From an uncultured Selenomonadaceae bacterium (GTDB lineage: Bacteria > Bacillota > Negativicutes > Selenomonadales > Selenomonadaceae), in contig CAJOKY010000001.1 in assembly GCA_905235425.1 (NCBI GenBank), forward strand, positions 1 through 37,204: a stretch of DNA of 37,204 nt. The letters run 5' to 3'. Below are positions 34,441 through 37,204 of the stretch, in pieces; position 1 is the stretch's first letter; every line of letters starts with the position of its first letter. The notes under the pieces were generated by a model that saw nothing but the letters and a program-made list of their open reading frames with translations, searched no databases and was not told the origin of the DNA. The position numbers were made by a program, and so were the translations under genes.

Positions 34441-34470
34441 TCGCTAAAAATCTTATGTTTTTGCTTTTTT
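34441..34470 (-). repeat. 30-nt conserved intergenic element, copy 2 (upstream of the virB2 genes)
   Basis: Identical to 29954-29983. It begins 3 nt after the virB11 stop. CTGACA-15nt-TAAGAT on the minus strand could be a promoter. Confidence 0.7.
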
Positions 34471-34472
34471 TG

Positions 34473-35432
34473 TCAGACCAATTTTTTCAATCGGTATTCT
34501 TTTCTTGCGGCGTCGTATCCCTCTACTTCCAGAATATCTTCCACTATTCGGCGATTTCCCGTATACTTCAAATACACAATGAGATTGACCGCTTGTCCTA
34601 TCGTCGCCTGTTGCGGATTTTGCGACACTCGCGCTGTCATATTTTCCAATCTTAACAACGTATCTTTCGCAGAATTTGAATGTACCGTCGAACAACCTCC
34701 GCCGTGTCCGGTTGACCAAGCGTCCAACAATGCCAATGCCTCGCAGCCGCGTACTTCTCCTACTACGATCCTGTCAGGCGTCATTCTCAACACACTTCTC
34801 AAACAGTCCGACATTGTAAACGTCCTCAACGTTCGCATTGAAACACAGTCCGCCGCCGTACATTGCAATTCCGGCGTATCTTCTATCAAAATTACTCTGT
34901 CATTAAGCTTTGATATTTCTGCCAATATCGCATTTAACAGCGTCGTCTTTCCACTTTTTGTCCCTCCTGCCGCAATTATATTTTTCTTATCGCGAATTGC
35001 CCGAAGGATTATTTCTCGCTGATTTCCCGTCAATATTCCTTGCTCCACATAATTTTCCAAAGTGAAAATTTTTTTCTGGTGCTTGCGTATATTTAACGTC
35101 GGTGACAATACTATTCTCGGCAAATTCCCTTCAAATCGACATTTATCGAAATATTCATTTTGCGGTATTTCTGCGTCCAGTGCAGGTTTTTCATCTGTTA
35201 CCAGCTGATTCGTCAACGCCGCCACATTTAAGATTATTTGCCGCACTTGCGCCGCCGTCATTTCTATTCCCGTACATTTTCTGCCCTCAAAACTGTCCGT
35301 CCATACTTTTCCGTCTGCGTTTATGTAGATTTCAAAAATATTTTCATCTTGCAACATTGGCAAAATTTCATTCATACAGTTGACCAACGTCATCAGCGTT
35401 ATTTTGAACGTTTCTTGATTTTCTATCTCCAT
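34473..35432 (-). CDS. virB11: VirB11/TrbB T4SS ATPase
   Basis: Walker A AAGGTKSGKTTLLNAIL, RVILIEDTPEL, PDRIVVGEVRGCEALALLDAWSTGHGGGCSTVH. Confidence 0.92.
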   Translation of the reverse strand: MEIENQETFKITLMTLVNCMNEILPMLQDENIFEIYINADGKVWTDSFEGRKCTGIEMTAAQVRQIILNVAALTNQLVTDEKPALDAEIPQNEYFDKCRFEGNLPRIVLSPTLNIRKHQKKIFTLENYVEQGILTGNQREIILRAIRDKKNIIAAGGTKSGKTTLLNAILAEISKLNDRVILIEDTPELQCTAADCVSMRTLRTFTMSDCLRSVLRMTPDRIVVGEVRGCEALALLDAWSTGHGGGCSTVHSNSAKDTLLRLENMTARVSQNPQQATIGQAVNLIVYLKYTGNRRIVEDILEVEGYDAARKEYRLKKLV

Positions 35433-35532
35433 TTTTGCTTACCTCCAAAATTATTTTTTCTTACGCACTCGCTCTAATTTTTTCGGTGTCTTGACCACAT
35501 TTTTTATTTTTGTCTGCAATGTAGGTAAATCT

Positions 35533-37204
35533 TTAACCTTCATTTTTGTCTGTTGTTCCAGCGTTTTCATCTTTTTTCCGAAATTTTTCCCTTATTGCTT
35601 GCCTTTCTGAATATTCTTTTTCAAGTTGCACTGCTCGCGCTTTTTCTTCCCTCTCTAATTTTTCTGCCGCATTTACCGCAAATAAATCCTCATATGACAA
35701 TACTTTTGTTACACTGTCACTGTACAGCGGGCATATCGGACACGGTATCGCTACTTTTTTCTGCGGCTCTTTAAATTCTCTTACGCACTTTTCACAATCG
35801 TGTTTGTACTTTTTGCATTCTTCTTCGTAACCGTGTTCTTTGATGTAAACTTTTTGATACATTCCTAATTTTTCTATAAACGCCGGTTGAAGATAATATC
35901 TAAGCTTATTTCCGTATATCGGTCGATGTCCCGCAACAAATACCAATTCCTTATCCGCGCTCATATGGCTGACTTCGTCAGGCGTCATCAATTCGCGCCC
36001 CGTAAATGATTCAGAGTTTGAACCTTTTCCCAAGCCGCCGCCGTCTGAATGACTTACCGTCTTTATTGTTTGCTTGCCCAGATTTTTTGAAATAGATTCT
36101 GCCGTTGCCGCGCCCGAATCCAAATTCGGCGTAAAATATATGTGGACGTGACAATTTGACGCTATCGAATTATCTTTCGTGTACTCTTTGTTCAACTGGT
36201 TAATGTCCTGCGCCACTATGCAAACTTTTATCCCGTATCCTGCACAAACAGCCAACGCCATTTCCATTGATTTTAAATTTCCAAGTTGCGGGAATTCATC
36301 CAACATCAGCAACAATCTTTGTTTCATTTTTGCCCCGCCCGACGTATCAAATTTTATATCGCGTACTAATTTATGGAGCATTGTATTTATCAGCAACCTC
36401 GATAACGGCTTTAACGTTTGCACTTCGTTGCTGTGCATACACAAGTAAAGGCTGACCGTATCTTTCGGTGACAATAAATCCTTTATGCAAAAATCCGACA
36501 CTTCTGTATTTCTTTGCACTACCGGATTTTGATATAACGCCAATGCCGTTTGCGCTGTCTGCATTATTGACGCCCTTGTTTGTTCCGCGCCGTTTAACAT
36601 ATTCGCCGCACATTCTGCTACTTTCGGATGCGTCAGCAAAATATGAAACGGGCTTGATTCTTCCTCGTCGTCTTCATCTGTTTCCCATTCTATTTCTTGA
36701 TTTTTTCGCATTAACTCCAATATCGCTTGCCTGACATCTTCCAAGTTTTTTATCTTCGTGTTCCTAAACATTCTTGCAAACGGGCGGAGATTTTGGACGT
36801 ATTCTCCATAAATTTTTTTCAGCGGATTTTCTCGCGGTATTCCTTTCTCATCGGGCAACTCCAAAAATTCTTCCGGCGATATGTGCGGATAATTTTTCAT
36901 ATGCGTAAACAATTCTTTCAAATCCATATCGGGGCTGGACAAAAACGACATTATGTCTGTCGGACAAGGTAACCTTTTCTTCTCCTGATGATGTTTGTAC
37001 ATTAAGTGCATTATCACGCCAGTTATCAGCGCCGCCGCCGAATTATCCCAAAATGCAGAGTCGCCGCTTGATTTTTCTCCGTCCGGCTTTACCATTATTC
37101 CCACTATCATTGCCACATCGCTGATTTCTTCTGCCGTCCGAAAATTTATTTCTGCCAACGGATTCCACCTTGCCGAACTTCCGTCGCTTACCAATGGTGC
37201 AAAC
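35533..37204 (-). CDS. virD4: VirD4/TraG-type coupling protein (5' end outside window) with C-terminal CxxC...CxxC extension
   Basis: LLLMLDEFPQLG (Walker B), GYGIKVCIVAQDINQL, ELVFVAGHRPI. The reading frame stays open to the window edge, and the N-terminal TM/Walker A region is absent. Confidence 0.88.
   Translation of the reverse strand, partial: FAPLVSDGSSARWNPLAEINFRTAEEISDVAMIVGIMVKPDGEKSSGDSAFWDNSAAALITGVIMHLMYKHHQEKKRLPCPTDIMSFLSSPDMDLKELFTHMKNYPHISPEEFLELPDEKGIPRENPLKKIYGEYVQNLRPFARMFRNTKIKNLEDVRQAILELMRKNQEIEWETDEDDEEESSPFHILLTHPKVAECAANMLNGAEQTRASIMQTAQTALALYQNPVVQRNTEVSDFCIKDLLSPKDTVSLYLCMHSNEVQTLKPLSRLLINTMLHKLVRDIKFDTSGGAKMKQRLLLMLDEFPQLGNLKSMEMALAVCAGYGIKVCIVAQDINQLNKEYTKDNSIASNCHVHIYFTPNLDSGAATAESISKNLGKQTIKTVSHSDGGGLGKGSNSESFTGRELMTPDEVSHMSADKELVFVAGHRPIYGNKLRYYLQPAFIEKLGMYQKVYIKEHGYEEECKKYKHDCEKCVREFKEPQKKVAIPCPICPLYSDSVTKVLSYEDLFAVNAAEKLEREEKARAVQLEKEYSERQAIREKFRKKDENAGTTDKNEG

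Noticed and set aside
29954-34470. The two identical 30-nt copies considered as transposon or integration direct repeats, or as CRISPR repeats
   Set aside because: There are only two copies, 4.5 kb apart. The interior consists of core T4SS genes (virB2, virB3, virB4) that continue an operon on both sides. Both copies sit at promoter-like positions upstream of genes, so a regulatory role is more plausible.
143-37000. Numerous 60-220-aa plus-strand ORFs in the track that lie antisense to the long minus-strand genes (e.g. 26182-26817, 34351-35022, 22236-22772, 27443-27814, 30518-30979, 31090-31557)
   Set aside because: They fall entirely inside well-supported genes on the opposite strand. Their composition is low-complexity or Leu/Phe/Ser-rich, as expected from antisense reading, and they lack RBSs and recognisable motifs. 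I treat them as shadow ORFs.
1-37204. tRNA, rRNA, CRISPR array, IS element or transposase genes
   Set aside because: No cloverleaf-like or rRNA-like sequence, repeat-spacer array, or DDE/IS transposase motif was seen in any intergenic region or ORF translation. The only recombinase is the small serine recombinase.

Overview
This 37.2-kb window looks like part of a conjugative plasmid or ICE from a low-GC, Firmicutes-like host. Supporting signs are strong GGAGG-type RBSs, many TTG/GTG starts, and ATGA/TTGA/GTGA stop-start overlaps; the exact taxon cannot be determined here. RIGHT HALF (20.2-37.2 kb, minus strand): a P-type (Trb/VirB-like) type IV secretion gene set. In order: VirD4 coupling protein (5' end runs off the window), VirB11/TrbB, VirB2/TrbC-like pilin, VirB3/TrbD, an unknown 361-aa protein, VirB4/TrbE, a small TM protein, a VirB1-like SLT, VirB5/TrbJ-like, VirB6/TrbL-like, and an M23-peptidase/polytopic/lysozyme-like fusion. 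Accessory genes follow: two tandem paralogues, an 884-aa protein with two HExxH motifs, and a TnpV-like protein. No VirB7/9/10 is visible. CENTRE: a MobA/MobL-type relaxase (+ strand) with a candidate oriT upstream, a coiled-coil / AAA-ATPase / RloB(AbiLii)-like module, and a small serine recombinase. LEFT THIRD (25-13,750, minus strand): visibly AT-richer cargo. It holds an eight-gene, tightly coupled operon running from a near-consensus promoter to a hairpin terminator. Gene order is ExE ADP-ribosyltransferase, 58-aa acidic ORF (missed by the ORF track), 1,088-aa HerA/FtsK-like ATPase with a Ser-rich linker, disordered K/E-rich protein, cytoplasmic Big_2 protein, lidless orphan Hsp70, Zn-ribbon membrane protein, and a J-like/TPR membrane protein. 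A separately promoted Hanks-type Ser/Thr kinase plus an Arg/Glu-repeat protein follows. I do not recognise the Hsp70-centred operon as any named system and flag it as the best candidate for an undescribed conflict or defence-type system. All functional calls rest on motifs read by eye from the translations; no database search was possible.
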